In this document: positions 48,674-58,389 of the stretch, in pieces
How the letters are laid out: each line of letters starts with the position of its first letter
Position numbering within the stretch: position 1 is the stretch's first letter
DNA from: a virus
Lineage: Duplodnaviria; Caudoviricetes
DNA length: 60,298 nucleotides
IMG/VR virus record: IMGVR_UViG_3300030397_000466
Location: 1 to 60,298 of that record
Reading direction: 5' to 3' (one strand)
Notes under the pieces: generated by a model
Databases searched by the model: none
What the model saw: only the letters and a program-made list of their open reading frames with translations
Told to the model about the DNA's origin: nothing
Translations under genes and position numbers: made by a program

Positions 48674-50973
48674 TATTCCTTTTTCTTACCTTCTGAGTCA
48701 GACTTCTTTTTTTCCATTTCCTTTTTGAGAAGTTCTCTGCTCATCTTTAATTCATCCCTGATTCTTTGATCAGCAAGCTCCTGAGACATTGAGACCTTAT
48801 TGGTTCCTCTGTCTATTTCCATTCTGGCTTGCATTACTTGCATTTTGATACCAGCCTGAACCAACTGTCTTGAGAGCGTTTCTATTGTGCCCTCTTTCTC
48901 CTGGATTACATCCTCAAGAGACTCGACCTGCTGTTTCATCTGTTTGATGGCGCTTATTCTTTCAAGGATTTGATCCTTGTCTTCGATGTCAGTCTCCTTG
49001 AGGAAGGCTATATCATCGATAACACCCATTTCCAGATATTGCTTATACTCTTCCAACACTGCCCATCTATTAACAGGTAATGTTGAACCGGCTACAAGTC
49101 TAATATCATAGCGACCAGAAGAGTAATCATTGTATCTTCCAACGATCTCTCCCATGTCGTCATACATAGGTGCGTTCACCTCAAGTATTCTAGTATCATA
49201 TCCGCCTGTGTTATTAGGCTGAATGATTCTGAATATTTTGTGAGTGCTATATGTGTTTCTTGCTACTTCCTGGAATACTCTTCCAATATGAACAAGAGCA
49301 GGTTCTACAATAGTATTAACCCATGCCTTGATTCTGCGTGTTCCATACTCATCCTTTGCAAGGAATCCTCTATAAGTCTCGTCAGACTGTCCAGAACTCA
49401 TACCCATAGATACTGGGTGAATACCGGCCATGTATTCGAGGTCTGATTTGGAATCTTGCTCAGCAGTAAAGAATGCATTATTGATAGGCTGAGGATAAAT
49501 CTCTCTCGGTCCCTGTTGGGAGTAACCAGGTCTATAATAAAGAACGGCACCAGAGGATGATGCATAACTGGACCATTCATCGTTGTCCACCTCTCCTTCC
49601 ACTGCCAGCCAGCGTAGAGAACTTGATAGGTTAGCGTGGTGAATCATAATTTGATGTGCCTTGTTGATTTCACGCTGCTTGCCCACAAGCGGTGTCACTG
49701 CTGACATCGGGTAGGGTGTCCCAGTGTGCATGTAGGGAATAGCAACAAGAGGAAGGTATTTGATGTTGAGTAGTTCCTCATACAATAGCTTGTCGCCTAC
49801 TACGCACGTTTTCTTAATTCTTCTCTCATAGAACTCGACTGCATCAACTATATTCTTTGCAACCTTGCTCTTGATTAAAATCTGATATTCTTCATCTGTA
49901 ACTACTTTACGCTCGATCTTGCTGGCCTCTTCCTGAATAGCTCCAAGCAATAACTGACGCCTCTCGGCTACAGCCTGCTCTTGCATCTTGGCAGCACGCT
50001 TAAGCTCTAACTGTGCTCTTAATGGAATAATTTCTCCACGCTGAACAGCGTTCTCAAGCTCTAGCTCTTTCTCTGCCAACTGGACTTTCAGCTCTTCCTG
50101 AAACTCTGCAAGGTCTGCTTCCACTGATCTGCTTGCTTCTTGCATTTCTGCATCAGAAGGCGGAGACTGAACTGTTAGATTCCAGAACAATACCTGCTCC
50201 GGCTCATACAACTCATAGTAGCCCAGAACATCATCGACTTTGCCATCCCAGAGTAAAGGTTCGTCAAGGTCTGGCTCTTGGATGGAGTCACTGTGCTCCA
50301 GGTCTCTATAGGTAAAATAGTTGTTATCTCGTTGGCCATTTGCCTTTTTGATAGTGTCAGCATACTTGGGCAGCATATCCATCAGTGCAGAGCGAGGCAT
50401 GTCTTTTTTGATGATCTGCCATTTAGCATCACGCTCAAAAGGATCGTAAGTCATGGAATTTGTGTAAACGTGAAATGGGTCTACTCTTGTAAACTTTACT
50501 TCACCTAAACCTCTGTCAGCATCCGGATCGACATCCACAAGAATGTAACCTTTCCCCTTCGTCAAAGAGTCTAAGACGGCTTGTGAAAAAGCGGCCTGAC
50601 CGTCTGAATTATACCAGGCGTAATCAATTACATCCGTATGCATTCGTGCCAACTTAGAGTCGGACCCATCCACGCCTACAGCTTTCCAGCGAGGTGCATT
50701 AGCAGTTACGAAATATTTCATCGTTTCTATAACAGGTGTGATTCTGTTAATAATAAAAGTGGGCATACCAGCAGCTTCGAGGGCGTCTAGCTCTTCAGCT
50801 GTTAATTGATCGTTCAGGAAGAAGTCATAAGAACGCTGCTCTCTTTCTTGCCATGTAGAACGCAGTCCACCTTTTGCGTTAAACCACAACTGTCTAACAC
50901 GATAAGCTTTTTTATCCCCTGGACCTTTCTTGTCTGAAGGCTCTGGGGTCAAATTTGAAAAGTAGTTAGGCAT
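48673..50973 (-). CDS. Portal protein (P22-like)
   Basis: 766 aa; INRITP, QREINK, C-terminal coil. Confidence 0.85.
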   Translation of the reverse strand: MPNYFSNLTPEPSDKKGPGDKKAYRVRQLWFNAKGGLRSTWQEREQRSYDFFLNDQLTAEELDALEAAGMPTFIINRITPVIETMKYFVTANAPRWKAVGVDGSDSKLARMHTDVIDYAWYNSDGQAAFSQAVLDSLTKGKGYILVDVDPDADRGLGEVKFTRVDPFHVYTNSMTYDPFERDAKWQIIKKDMPRSALMDMLPKYADTIKKANGQRDNNYFTYRDLEHSDSIQEPDLDEPLLWDGKVDDVLGYYELYEPEQVLFWNLTVQSPPSDAEMQEASRSVEADLAEFQEELKVQLAEKELELENAVQRGEIIPLRAQLELKRAAKMQEQAVAERRQLLLGAIQEEASKIERKVVTDEEYQILIKSKVAKNIVDAVEFYERRIKKTCVVGDKLLYEELLNIKYLPLVAIPYMHTGTPYPMSAVTPLVGKQREINKAHQIMIHHANLSSSLRWLAVEGEVDNDEWSSYASSSGAVLYYRPGYSQQGPREIYPQPINNAFFTAEQDSKSDLEYMAGIHPVSMGMSSGQSDETYRGFLAKDEYGTRRIKAWVNTIVEPALVHIGRVFQEVARNTYSTHKIFRIIQPNNTGGYDTRILEVNAPMYDDMGEIVGRYNDYSSGRYDIRLVAGSTLPVNRWAVLEEYKQYLEMGVIDDIAFLKETDIEDKDQILERISAIKQMKQQVESLEDVIQEKEGTIETLSRQLVQAGIKMQVMQARMEIDRGTNKVSMSQELADQRIRDELKMSRELLKKEMEKKKSDSEGKKKE

Positions 50974-51980
50974 TATTTCTCTAGGAGTTGGTTTTTCTTA
51001 ATATCCTTCTTCAATGGCTTGCCTATAAAATCGTCTTTTTTGCTCCAGGGGTATCCAGTGCCAGGACTAACCATTATAAGGTCAGACTCTTTAAGCACAT
51101 GCCCTTTAGGTAAATCTTTTTTAACTGCTAAAGACCGGCCAATCCTCATTGCCTTTTCAGCAATAGAAGGTGTCAATTTGAATTCACCATTGCCTAGCAT
51201 CTTGACTGTCGCCTTAACATCTCTTGCGTATTTGAACATACCCTCAGGTCCAAGTGCTCCTAAGTGGTCTGATCCTTTCTGCATCCTGTCAAGTGTAACA
51301 TGGCGCTCGACAACGGTCGCACCGAGAGCTACAGCAAGAGGACCACCTTTAATGCCTACAGTGTGATCGCTATATCCAATCACATGGCCAGGGAAATAGT
51401 CCTTCAGTGTTTTAACCCTCATTATGTCAGCTTCTGCGTCCGGCGTAGGATAGCTGGACACGCAAGCCATAATATAAATCTTGGCAGGCTCTATGAATCC
51501 CATAAGGAATTTGACAGCTTTGTAGATGTCTCTAAGAGATGCCGCCATACCAGTAGATATCATGATAGGTTTATCTCTTTCACAGGCCCGCTTTGCCATC
51601 GCTTCTAGCAATGGATAATTCTGCATATCTCGTGATGCTACTTTGTAGATATCCGGGTTTACCCATTCTAGCACCCCGGGATTGGTAAATGAAGCTACAA
51701 ACTTCAATCCAATACTACGGGTGTAGTTTTCAAGTAAACCGTATTCGTCACGTGTAAGTTCCAACTTTGCCCTATGACCCCCATACGTCACATCAAAAGC
51801 ATTAACAGAATCATACTCTGACATAGCTAATTCGGGTGATAGTTCATGTTTCAAGTCTCGAATACATACCTTGACAGCATCTGCTTGTGTATCACTAATT
51901 TTGTCCACTAAGGCAACCGCGTCTCCAAGCTGCCCATTGTGGTTTTGTCCAATTTCGTATATTAACAACGGACTGCCCAT
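50973..51980 (-). CDS. neuB: N-acetylneuraminate/KDN(-9-P) synthase with SAF domain
   Basis: EIGQNHNG, KVAS, ISTG, SSYP, GYSDH, ERHVTLD..GSDH, SPGTG. Confidence 0.92.
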   Translation of the reverse strand: MGSPLLIYEIGQNHNGQLGDAVALVDKISDTQADAVKVCIRDLKHELSPELAMSEYDSVNAFDVTYGGHRAKLELTRDEYGLLENYTRSIGLKFVASFTNPGVLEWVNPDIYKVASRDMQNYPLLEAMAKRACERDKPIMISTGMAASLRDIYKAVKFLMGFIEPAKIYIMACVSSYPTPDAEADIMRVKTLKDYFPGHVIGYSDHTVGIKGGPLAVALGATVVERHVTLDRMQKGSDHLGALGPEGMFKYARDVKATVKMLGNGEFKLTPSIAEKAMRIGRSLAVKKDLPKGHVLKESDLIMVSPGTGYPWSKKDDFIGKPLKKDIKKNQLLEK

Positions 51981-52495
51981 AATTCTAGTGCATCCTCATA
52001 GTCTTCTTCTGTGTGAATTTCATGACCAGGGTTGAACAAGGATGTAGTATATACATCATATGCAAATGCATTGTTCTTCCAATAGTCTCTATTAATAACA
52101 TAAAGCCCGTTCTCATTGCCATCTATGTCGTATGTTCGACACACACAGCTGCCCTCCTTAACCTTTTCAACTGCCAACTTAATATTCTCTTCCAGTATAA
52201 ATGGATTTGTTGGCATTAGCACTACCACTATATCAGCCTTAATCTTGTGGTGTTTAAGGAACCAGTCTACGGTATCTTGTAATGGCATATCGCCAGCTTC
52301 GTGCTCTGCTGGGCGTTCATATGTTTTAACACCATCAATCTTATAGTCTGTTACTACATAAGTTTCAATGTTGCAATTTCTAAGCTTGTTATAAGCAATC
52401 TGGATAAGATTGCCGTCATCATTCATTTCTAGTATATTTTTATTTGGCAGTCTTTCGCTGCCCACTCTTGCACATATAATTCCAACTACGTTCAT
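51962..52495 (-). CDS. neuA: CMP-nonulosonate synthetase (cytidylyltransferase)
   Basis: ICARVGSERLPNKN, PTNPF, ENGLY, EIHTEED; likely start MNVVG. Confidence 0.85.
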   Translation of the reverse strand: MNVVGIICARVGSERLPNKNILEMNDDGNLIQIAYNKLRNCNIETYVVTDYKIDGVKTYERPAEHEAGDMPLQDTVDWFLKHHKIKADIVVVLMPTNPFILEENIKLAVEKVKEGSCVCRTYDIDGNENGLYVINRDYWKNNAFAYDVYTTSLFNPGHEIHTEEDYEDALELWAVRC

Positions 52496-52584
52496 TGTTT
52501 TTTCCTGCTCTTCCATTTGTCAATTAGCCCACCAATTACAAAGGCTAATGCTATTACCAATATAGGAAACCAAATTAAGTCCAT
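52492..52584 (-). CDS. 30 aa membrane peptide
   Basis: MDLIWFPILVIALAFVIGGL...; ends TGA with TAG two codons later. Confidence 0.5.
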   Translation of the reverse strand: MDLIWFPILVIALAFVIGGLIDKWKSRKKQ

Positions 52585-55235
52585 TACATCCACCACGGTC
52601 TTGGTTTGCGTTTCTTTTTAATTATTCTACCAGTAGTATCCTCACGAGCCATATTCCTCGGTGGAGCTGCCAGTAGCGTTGCATAATACAGTGACTCTAT
52701 TGTGTCATCGTGAGCCATCTTGGGTCCAAACTTAACAATCTCGTCTATTAGTTCGTAGTGGTCTTTCTTGACCCATATTAGTCCATTGCTGAACTTGGAG
52801 TTTAGTCCACTATAGATTCTGTTGAGTTTCTCACGACCACCAGGCTTCATGGGAGATATTGCTACGTCCCACATCTGCCCCTTAGCCCTCAGGTCATTGA
52901 AGGCTTGAAAGATTGACCTATTCATTGCTACATCTTCAACCACTGCGATCGAACAGTGATACTTCTTATACAGCTCCAACAAGTAATCTACGACACCCTT
53001 ACGACCAACATATTCTCCATTGGCATCCTGTATTCCAGAGGTGGGTATGTTCCTGTGTCGCTCATAATCCAGGACATATATATTCTCCCTCTCATCTACA
53101 GCTATAACCATTATCACGGAGAAGTCTGCATACTTTGTCTCAATATCCGTTGCAGGATCACACCCTATATAGGTCTTGACAGGAACCATCTCATTGTTAA
53201 TTACCAGATAGTTCTGGCCATCATGATATTTGTAATAGCCCTCATGGTATTTGATATGGCTTCTGGTCCACATAGCAGTTTCCTGATTTTGAACCTCAAG
53301 CTCATACTCTTGATAGTATCCACCAACACCCCTCGGTGAGCCTCTGTATACCTCCTTAATCTCATCAAGAACCTTACGAGGCATATGGCTATGCCACAAT
53401 ACTCCGCCTTCCATATCAGGCTGTGTGGCCTTATAGGAGATCACTCTCCAGGGAAACTTCTCTATAGCCTCATCACCCTTCTTCTTTGCAATAGCATAGT
53501 CATCCAATATGTTCTGTGCAAATGCATCAAAATGGACTGGTGTCTCGATGAGGAACATTCTACAGCCAGGTATTCTCTTTTCGATAGCAGGATATATACC
53601 ATTCATGATATTATCCTTGATCTTGTCTCTGGCCATCTGAGTTCTGGTATTGTCCTCATTCTCAGCATCATCAATAAATACGCCAGAGTATCTCAGTGCA
53701 CCCTGGTCTACTGTGGCAAGTGTATCACCACGCATTGAGCTAAGGTTTGAAGATGACAAGAGTCTGTCACCATAGCCTGTAATAATGTTCTCTTCATTGT
53801 CCTTCAGGAACTTAGCAATCTGCTTACCGAAGTAATAATGTATACGTTCGTTGGTCTGAAGGTGCAATCTAATATAGTGAACATTCTGGATAGATTTCTT
53901 CTGATTAGAAGATACCCATCCGTAGAACAGTTTGTGGTGATGCTCAGACAATCCCCAGTCTTTGGCAAAATTACTGAAACAAAAGTCTCTAATAATCTTG
54001 GCCTTGGTCAGAGTGGTATTGTGTGTCAACATAAAATCACCTGCCACAAATAACTCATCCTCCGAATCTACCTTCAAGCATCTACAAAAGGCTCCAGGTA
54101 GTTGCTCTATGCTGACTATCGCATTAAACAGCTTGTCATGTGGAACAAACCTTTTGGCTTTTCTTTTTAGTCTAAAAGGATTATACTTAATAGATATCGC
54201 CAATCTATAATATCCACCATAACCGTTTTTGGTATGTTTCTTAATGGCGGTTCCGCCAAGACTTCTAACCAAATACATAACATCTTTAGCTAGTTTTTCG
54301 CTAACAGTGCAAAAATAGACTTTTTTCCCACCACTGCTTTTTGTTGAAAGCGTTCCATCTGTATCCATAAGACCGCGAAGCAATTCTAGCCTCTGATCTA
54401 CAGACGAGTTGAGGTATTCTTTTGGTATAAACTTATAATGAGAATTTACGTCAAGCCCCAGCTCACGAATCTTTGAAACAGTATTAAGTATAGAAAAATA
54501 TGGACAGCGCCCTTTAGGGTATTTTTTTCTAGTCTCGTATGGTATGTATGATGTAAGCTCTTCTATATCATCCTTGGATGAGGTAATCCTGGGGGTTGAT
54601 TTTAATGACCCATCACCTATCATTACTCCCAGTGTATAAGGATCAATGGGCAGAACAGACTCGCTAAACTCAATCGCCTCTGCATTGTCTATTGCATAGG
54701 TATAATCAACCCTCTTCGAGTTATACCTGGAGTCTGTTCTGTTTTTTTTATAGTTCAACAAAAGTTCTTCGGTCGTTTTTGTCTGATATTTGTAAGGATT
54801 TTTTGCTCCATTTAAAACCCTGACAGTCCACAAATGGTCATCAGATACGATTAAAGTTTTTCCATCCCTGAGGACAACTTTATATATCTTGTCTTTATAC
54901 ATCACATCAGACAATCCACTAATTTCTTTTAGCTTTCCGTTAGAGCCATAAATTTTATTACCAGGCATTACATCTGCAATTTTTTTCCAACCATTATCAG
55001 TAAGAACTGGCTGATCCAACCTCAGAAACTTTGCATGGCCTCTAGGTATGACAATCGCACAGGGCTTATTTGATGGTGCTATAAGCTCCCGTGCAATCTC
55101 ATAGTGAAACTGTGGAGTGGCTGACTTACGAAAGTCACCTGGTATAAATAGTTTTCCAAATGTGATCAGGTCTTCGTATGCAGCCACTATAAGTTCGTCT
55201 GCCTTATTTGGTAGCATCTTTATTATGTTAGCCAT
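52584..55235 (-). CDS. terL: Terminase large subunit (intein-containing)
   Basis: Spliced Walker A PRGHAK|TT, FIDD, GCDPA, HDD. Confidence 0.92.
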   Translation of the reverse strand: MANIIKMLPNKADELIVAAYEDLITFGKLFIPGDFRKSATPQFHYEIARELIAPSNKPCAIVIPRGHAKFLRLDQPVLTDNGWKKIADVMPGNKIYGSNGKLKEISGLSDVMYKDKIYKVVLRDGKTLIVSDDHLWTVRVLNGAKNPYKYQTKTTEELLLNYKKNRTDSRYNSKRVDYTYAIDNAEAIEFSESVLPIDPYTLGVMIGDGSLKSTPRITSSKDDIEELTSYIPYETRKKYPKGRCPYFSILNTVSKIRELGLDVNSHYKFIPKEYLNSSVDQRLELLRGLMDTDGTLSTKSSGGKKVYFCTVSEKLAKDVMYLVRSLGGTAIKKHTKNGYGGYYRLAISIKYNPFRLKRKAKRFVPHDKLFNAIVSIEQLPGAFCRCLKVDSEDELFVAGDFMLTHNTTLTKAKIIRDFCFSNFAKDWGLSEHHHKLFYGWVSSNQKKSIQNVHYIRLHLQTNERIHYYFGKQIAKFLKDNEENIITGYGDRLLSSSNLSSMRGDTLATVDQGALRYSGVFIDDAENEDNTRTQMARDKIKDNIMNGIYPAIEKRIPGCRMFLIETPVHFDAFAQNILDDYAIAKKKGDEAIEKFPWRVISYKATQPDMEGGVLWHSHMPRKVLDEIKEVYRGSPRGVGGYYQEYELEVQNQETAMWTRSHIKYHEGYYKYHDGQNYLVINNEMVPVKTYIGCDPATDIETKYADFSVIMVIAVDERENIYVLDYERHRNIPTSGIQDANGEYVGRKGVVDYLLELYKKYHCSIAVVEDVAMNRSIFQAFNDLRAKGQMWDVAISPMKPGGREKLNRIYSGLNSKFSNGLIWVKKDHYELIDEIVKFGPKMAHDDTIESLYYATLLAAPPRNMAREDTTGRIIKKKRKPRPWWM
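54018..55028 (-). mobile_element. Class 3 intein with LAGLIDADG homing endonuclease (337 aa)
   Basis: Starts FLRLDQPV; HLW, RCLKV, THN|T; LGVMIGDG and LRGLMDTDG. Confidence 0.9.
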
Positions 55236-55342
55236 TCTATCCCTAAATATGTATCAAATTGAACCCAGGCCGCCAAGCGTCCATCAATCCATTCAGTATA
55301 AGCAATGGGATACTCTTTTCCATTAACTATTATTGTATTCAT
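55223..55342 (-). CDS. 39 aa hypothetical protein
   Basis: MNTIIVNGKEYP...; fills gap. Confidence 0.45.
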   Translation of the reverse strand: MNTIIVNGKEYPIAYTEWIDGRLAAWVQFDTYLGIEWLT

Positions 55343-55584
55343 TATAGAGACTGTAGTTTTGCAAAATCTTGAAGTTTTTCAATTAACACTTCTCTTATTT
55401 CAGCTGCCGTATTGGCGCTGTCCTTGAGCGCAATTCTCACATCAAAATTTTCATCTCTGTAGTCAAAAAAGTTTTCAAGAATCCACTGTTCAACTTGTTG
55501 TCTAGTCATAGCAGTTTTTATCCTTCCACGCTTCACATTCAAGAAGAATCTTTGTATCGAAAGATATAAACCCCCTACTGTCAT
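55342..55584 (-). CDS. Hypothetical protein (start uncertain)
   Basis: Tiled. Confidence 0.45.
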   Translation of the reverse strand: MTVGGLYLSIQRFFLNVKRGRIKTAMTRQQVEQWILENFFDYRDENFDVRIALKDSANTAAEIREVLIEKLQDFAKLQSL

Positions 55585-55723
55585 ATGAAGCTTTAGTGTA
55601 ATTACTTCTAAACAAATCTAATCCATTTAACCTGTCTTCAACAATCGCCAAAACCATTTCAGGACGATCAAGGTAAATAACAACTCTTGTATCTTTTAAG
55701 TTGACCGGTTTTGTATTGGCCAT
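55502..55723 (-). CDS. Hypothetical protein
   Basis: Tiled. Confidence 0.5.
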   Translation of the reverse strand: MANTKPVNLKDTRVVIYLDRPEMVLAIVEDRLNGLDLFRSNYTKASYDSRGFISFDTKILLECEAWKDKNCYD

Positions 55724-55953
55724 TTGCTTCCAACCTCTCTTTTGGATATTCCCATTTCAGTTCTAATACTTTTAATGTTTTTGGCTAAGTAGTAGCCTAC
55801 GGTATACCAACTAAGTAAAGCTGGCATTCTGTCCTCGTCTTCACCTGCACACATTCCTAGTGCTGCAAAATAACCAGGAGCCCAAACTCCCCAGGTTATA
55901 AAGAATAGTGTCAGTGCAGGATATAAAAAGTTGTCTGCTATAAAACCCAACAT
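55696..55953 (-). CDS. Membrane protein
   Basis: MLGFIADNFLYPALTLFF...; TAATG coupled. Confidence 0.5.
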   Translation of the reverse strand: MLGFIADNFLYPALTLFFITWGVWAPGYFAALGMCAGEDEDRMPALLSWYTVGYYLAKNIKSIRTEMGISKREVGSKWPIQNRST

Positions 55954-56144
55954 TAGAACAATCCATCCGTTTCTATATCGTGCTTCTCGAAGAAGTTGTT
56001 TGGGTATACTACAATATAATCTTCTCCATTGTAGGAGTATCGGCAATTGCCCATCTTCTCGTCAATCTTAATCCACTCAGGAAGCTCGTCTCTTTGATAG
56101 TCAAATACCGTTTCTCCGTTCACATATTTAACAATTACAGCCAT
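55953..56144 (-). CDS. Hypothetical protein
   Basis: Coupled both ends. Confidence 0.55.
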   Translation of the reverse strand: MAVIVKYVNGETVFDYQRDELPEWIKIDEKMGNCRYSYNGEDYIVVYPNNFFEKHDIETDGLF

Positions 56145-56902
56145 TATTCCTCCAGTGCTAACTTTTCAGATTGGATAGCTTTAAGCTCATCAGCCCCGAA
56201 TGGTGAGTGCAGATGCAGATGTCTTTCATTTGTCTGATGGTGAATTTCTGACTCATCTTTCAATAACTTGACAAGCATCTCAAGGGCTCTTAATCTAATT
56301 GAGTCACTGTTAGACTCTTCTGCAATAGCCTTAATATTAATAAGGATGAGTTTAAAGTCTATGCCAAGTTCTTTTGCTGCATCTTTAGCGTTTTGACTCA
56401 TTAGTTTAACAATCCTTTTTTGTTTAATTATTTCACAGAAATGCTTCTTCCAGTTAGTCTTAGGTGTATATGCTGCCTCATATGCATTCTGTGGTGTGTG
56501 CCCAGAGATTAGTGCTGCTACCATTATTCTCTCATTTTTGGTGGGCTTGGTCCTTGTAAATACACGGTGCCGCTTACCTCCAAATGAATACCTCGTCTCA
56601 CGCTTGCTGAAATCGGTATCCATTTTGATTTGCGGCTCCATGATGAAAGCACCAACAACTGTTCTGCAATACTTTCTATCTTTATTTCGCTTCTTTGCAA
56701 GTGCAGGACTCTTGAGAGGTAGAACCCTCAGTAGCTGGACTATAGCGCCATCATCTGATACAACCCAGTCACCTTCTTCCCCCTGTCGCCAGTCTTCAAT
56801 GAGCGAGGGCACCTCCTGACCTAAAGCCAGGAAGTGCGTCTCAAACTCATCCTTGTCGGAGAATACGAAATGTTTAATACCTTTAATCTTCTGATACTTC
56901 AC
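56144..56902 (-). CDS. Terminase small subunit-like protein
   Basis: HTH-like AYEAAY and IRLRALEML; upstream of terL. Confidence 0.55.
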   Translation of the reverse strand: MKYQKIKGIKHFVFSDKDEFETHFLALGQEVPSLIEDWRQGEEGDWVVSDDGAIVQLLRVLPLKSPALAKKRNKDRKYCRTVVGAFIMEPQIKMDTDFSKRETRYSFGGKRHRVFTRTKPTKNERIMVAALISGHTPQNAYEAAYTPKTNWKKHFCEIIKQKRIVKLMSQNAKDAAKELGIDFKLILINIKAIAEESNSDSIRLRALEMLVKLLKDESEIHHQTNERHLHLHSPFGADELKAIQSEKLALEE

Positions 56903-57188
56903 TTAAATCACCTTCCGACGTAATCAGCATTTGATGAAGAGATGAAGATAGTAAATCAACAAATTGCTCATCTCTTGCTAGTTCTTTGTAGTATATTTTG
57001 TCCAGTATCAAATGTATAACTTCATGTAGAAATACCTGATACTCTCCACCTGGAATGTCATCATACAAGCTTATCTCTTTTTTGATGAAGTTGGCAAGTC
57101 CGTATGCATTGCTTTCGTGGAGCAAGGTGTTGTCATACTTTACAGATATCTCTTCATCTATCAAATTAAATTTTTTCGGTATCTTCAT
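56883..57188 (-). CDS. HEXXH metallopeptidase-like protein
   Basis: FLHEVIH...DEQFV. Confidence 0.65.
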   Translation of the reverse strand: MKIPKKFNLIDEEISVKYDNTLLHESNAYGLANFIKKEISLYDDIPGGEYQVFLHEVIHLILDKIYYKELARDEQFVDLLSSSLHQMLITSEGDLSEVSED

Positions 57189-57543
57189 CTTCAATATACC
57201 ACATAAAAGTTTTAGCATCCAGCTTAATAGGGACCTCTGACTCTATAAACATCCTCATTTGGTTCATCTGCCCCTTTATAAGCTTCAAATTCTTTATTAC
57301 ATCCCTATTAACGTCTTTCTTCGTAGAATGCTTTTCATTGAATACATTGTCAGCACTTCTGGCTAATTGGTCAACAAGTCTAAAGCAGTTATAAAAACCA
57401 TTGAAATATGCCAACTGATCCTTAGTTATATTAATTTTTGCTTGAGATAATTGTTTTTCCTGACTCTGGTCCGCCTTGGATGACTTGGTTGGTTGCTTCT
57501 TCTGCCTTGTATTGCTCATAATCCCATACTCTCCTGTGAACAC
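57166..57543 (-). CDS. Hypothetical protein (start uncertain)
   Basis: Tiled. Confidence 0.5.
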   Translation of the reverse strand: MFTGEYGIMSNTRQKKQPTKSSKADQSQEKQLSQAKINITKDQLAYFNGFYNCFRLVDQLARSADNVFNEKHSTKKDVNRDVIKNLKLIKGQMNQMRMFIESEVPIKLDAKTFMWYIEDEDTEKI

Positions 57544-57688
57544 CAGTTAAAGTTCCAATAGTATCTGCTAAATCTTTTAAACCTTGTGCACGGTTAAGGA
57601 TGTCTGCCGACTCCATACCGTTAGTAGCTTCTGCCAATGCTGCAATAAGTTTTTCAATACTTGCGTAACATGCTTCAGATGATTTCAT
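57431..57688 (-). CDS. Hypothetical protein
   Basis: GAGGA RBS. Confidence 0.5.
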   Translation of the reverse strand: MKSSEACYASIEKLIAALAEATNGMESADILNRAQGLKDLADTIGTLTGVHRRVWDYEQYKAEEATNQVIQGGPESGKTIISSKN

Positions 57689-57689
57689 C

Positions 57690-58043
57690 TTATTCCTCGC
57701 TAGTTCTTTGTGTTGTTAGCTTAAGTAATTCTGATAGTTCTAATACTGCGTAAGCCTTAGAAAAGTTCCGTTTGAAGATTAATAAGGGAATACGACCTTC
57801 TCCAGTATTTTCTTCTGCTTGTTTGATAGAGTCCCATAAGTTAAGTCTTTCTACGTTTTTACATTCTATATCGAATGGTATTTCACTCTCCGCCATAGGT
57901 GATAGGAATATATCCCTACCAGTTTCTCCCATAACAGCTGTCTTAACATCATTGTCTTGTAACAATGGCCAATACTTGTGCAACTGCTCTTTCACCCATT
58001 TCTGGAATCTGGCACCTTTATTCTTCGCTGATCTAGCTTTCAT
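57690..58043 (-). CDS. Holliday junction resolvase (Hjc-like PD-(D/E)XK)
   Basis: KNKGARFQ, GRDI, IECKN, QA. Confidence 0.8.
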   Translation of the reverse strand: MKARSAKNKGARFQKWVKEQLHKYWPLLQDNDVKTAVMGETGRDIFLSPMAESEIPFDIECKNVERLNLWDSIKQAEENTGEGRIPLLIFKRNFSKAYAVLELSELLKLTTQRTSEE

Positions 58044-58300
58044 TATATAATGCCTACTGGCTCGTAATACGGCGTCCACTCCTGGTGAGGTTCATCGCCT
58101 TCGTTAATCTTATTACCCAGTGGACAAATCTTCCTCACTGGTTTCCAGTTATATAAGTTCTCTAGTGGTTGCCCTACAAACTTCTTTAATATGGGTGCTG
58201 TCTTAATAATAGTCTTGCTGTCATCTGTATGCACCCCACAACAGAAGCTGTGTGATACCACCCAATACCAGTTTTTCATATTACTCCTTATCGTCTTCAT
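58043..58300 (-). CDS. Hypothetical protein
   Basis: Coupled to resolvase. Confidence 0.55.
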   Translation of the reverse strand: MKTIRSNMKNWYWVVSHSFCCGVHTDDSKTIIKTAPILKKFVGQPLENLYNWKPVRKICPLGNKINEGDEPHQEWTPYYEPVGII

Positions 58301-58389
58301 AAATATTATCTATCCATGTCATTCCAAACCATAAAAAGAAAAATAAACAATATAAGAAAAAACACTACTGATATTTCCATACTTCCTCC

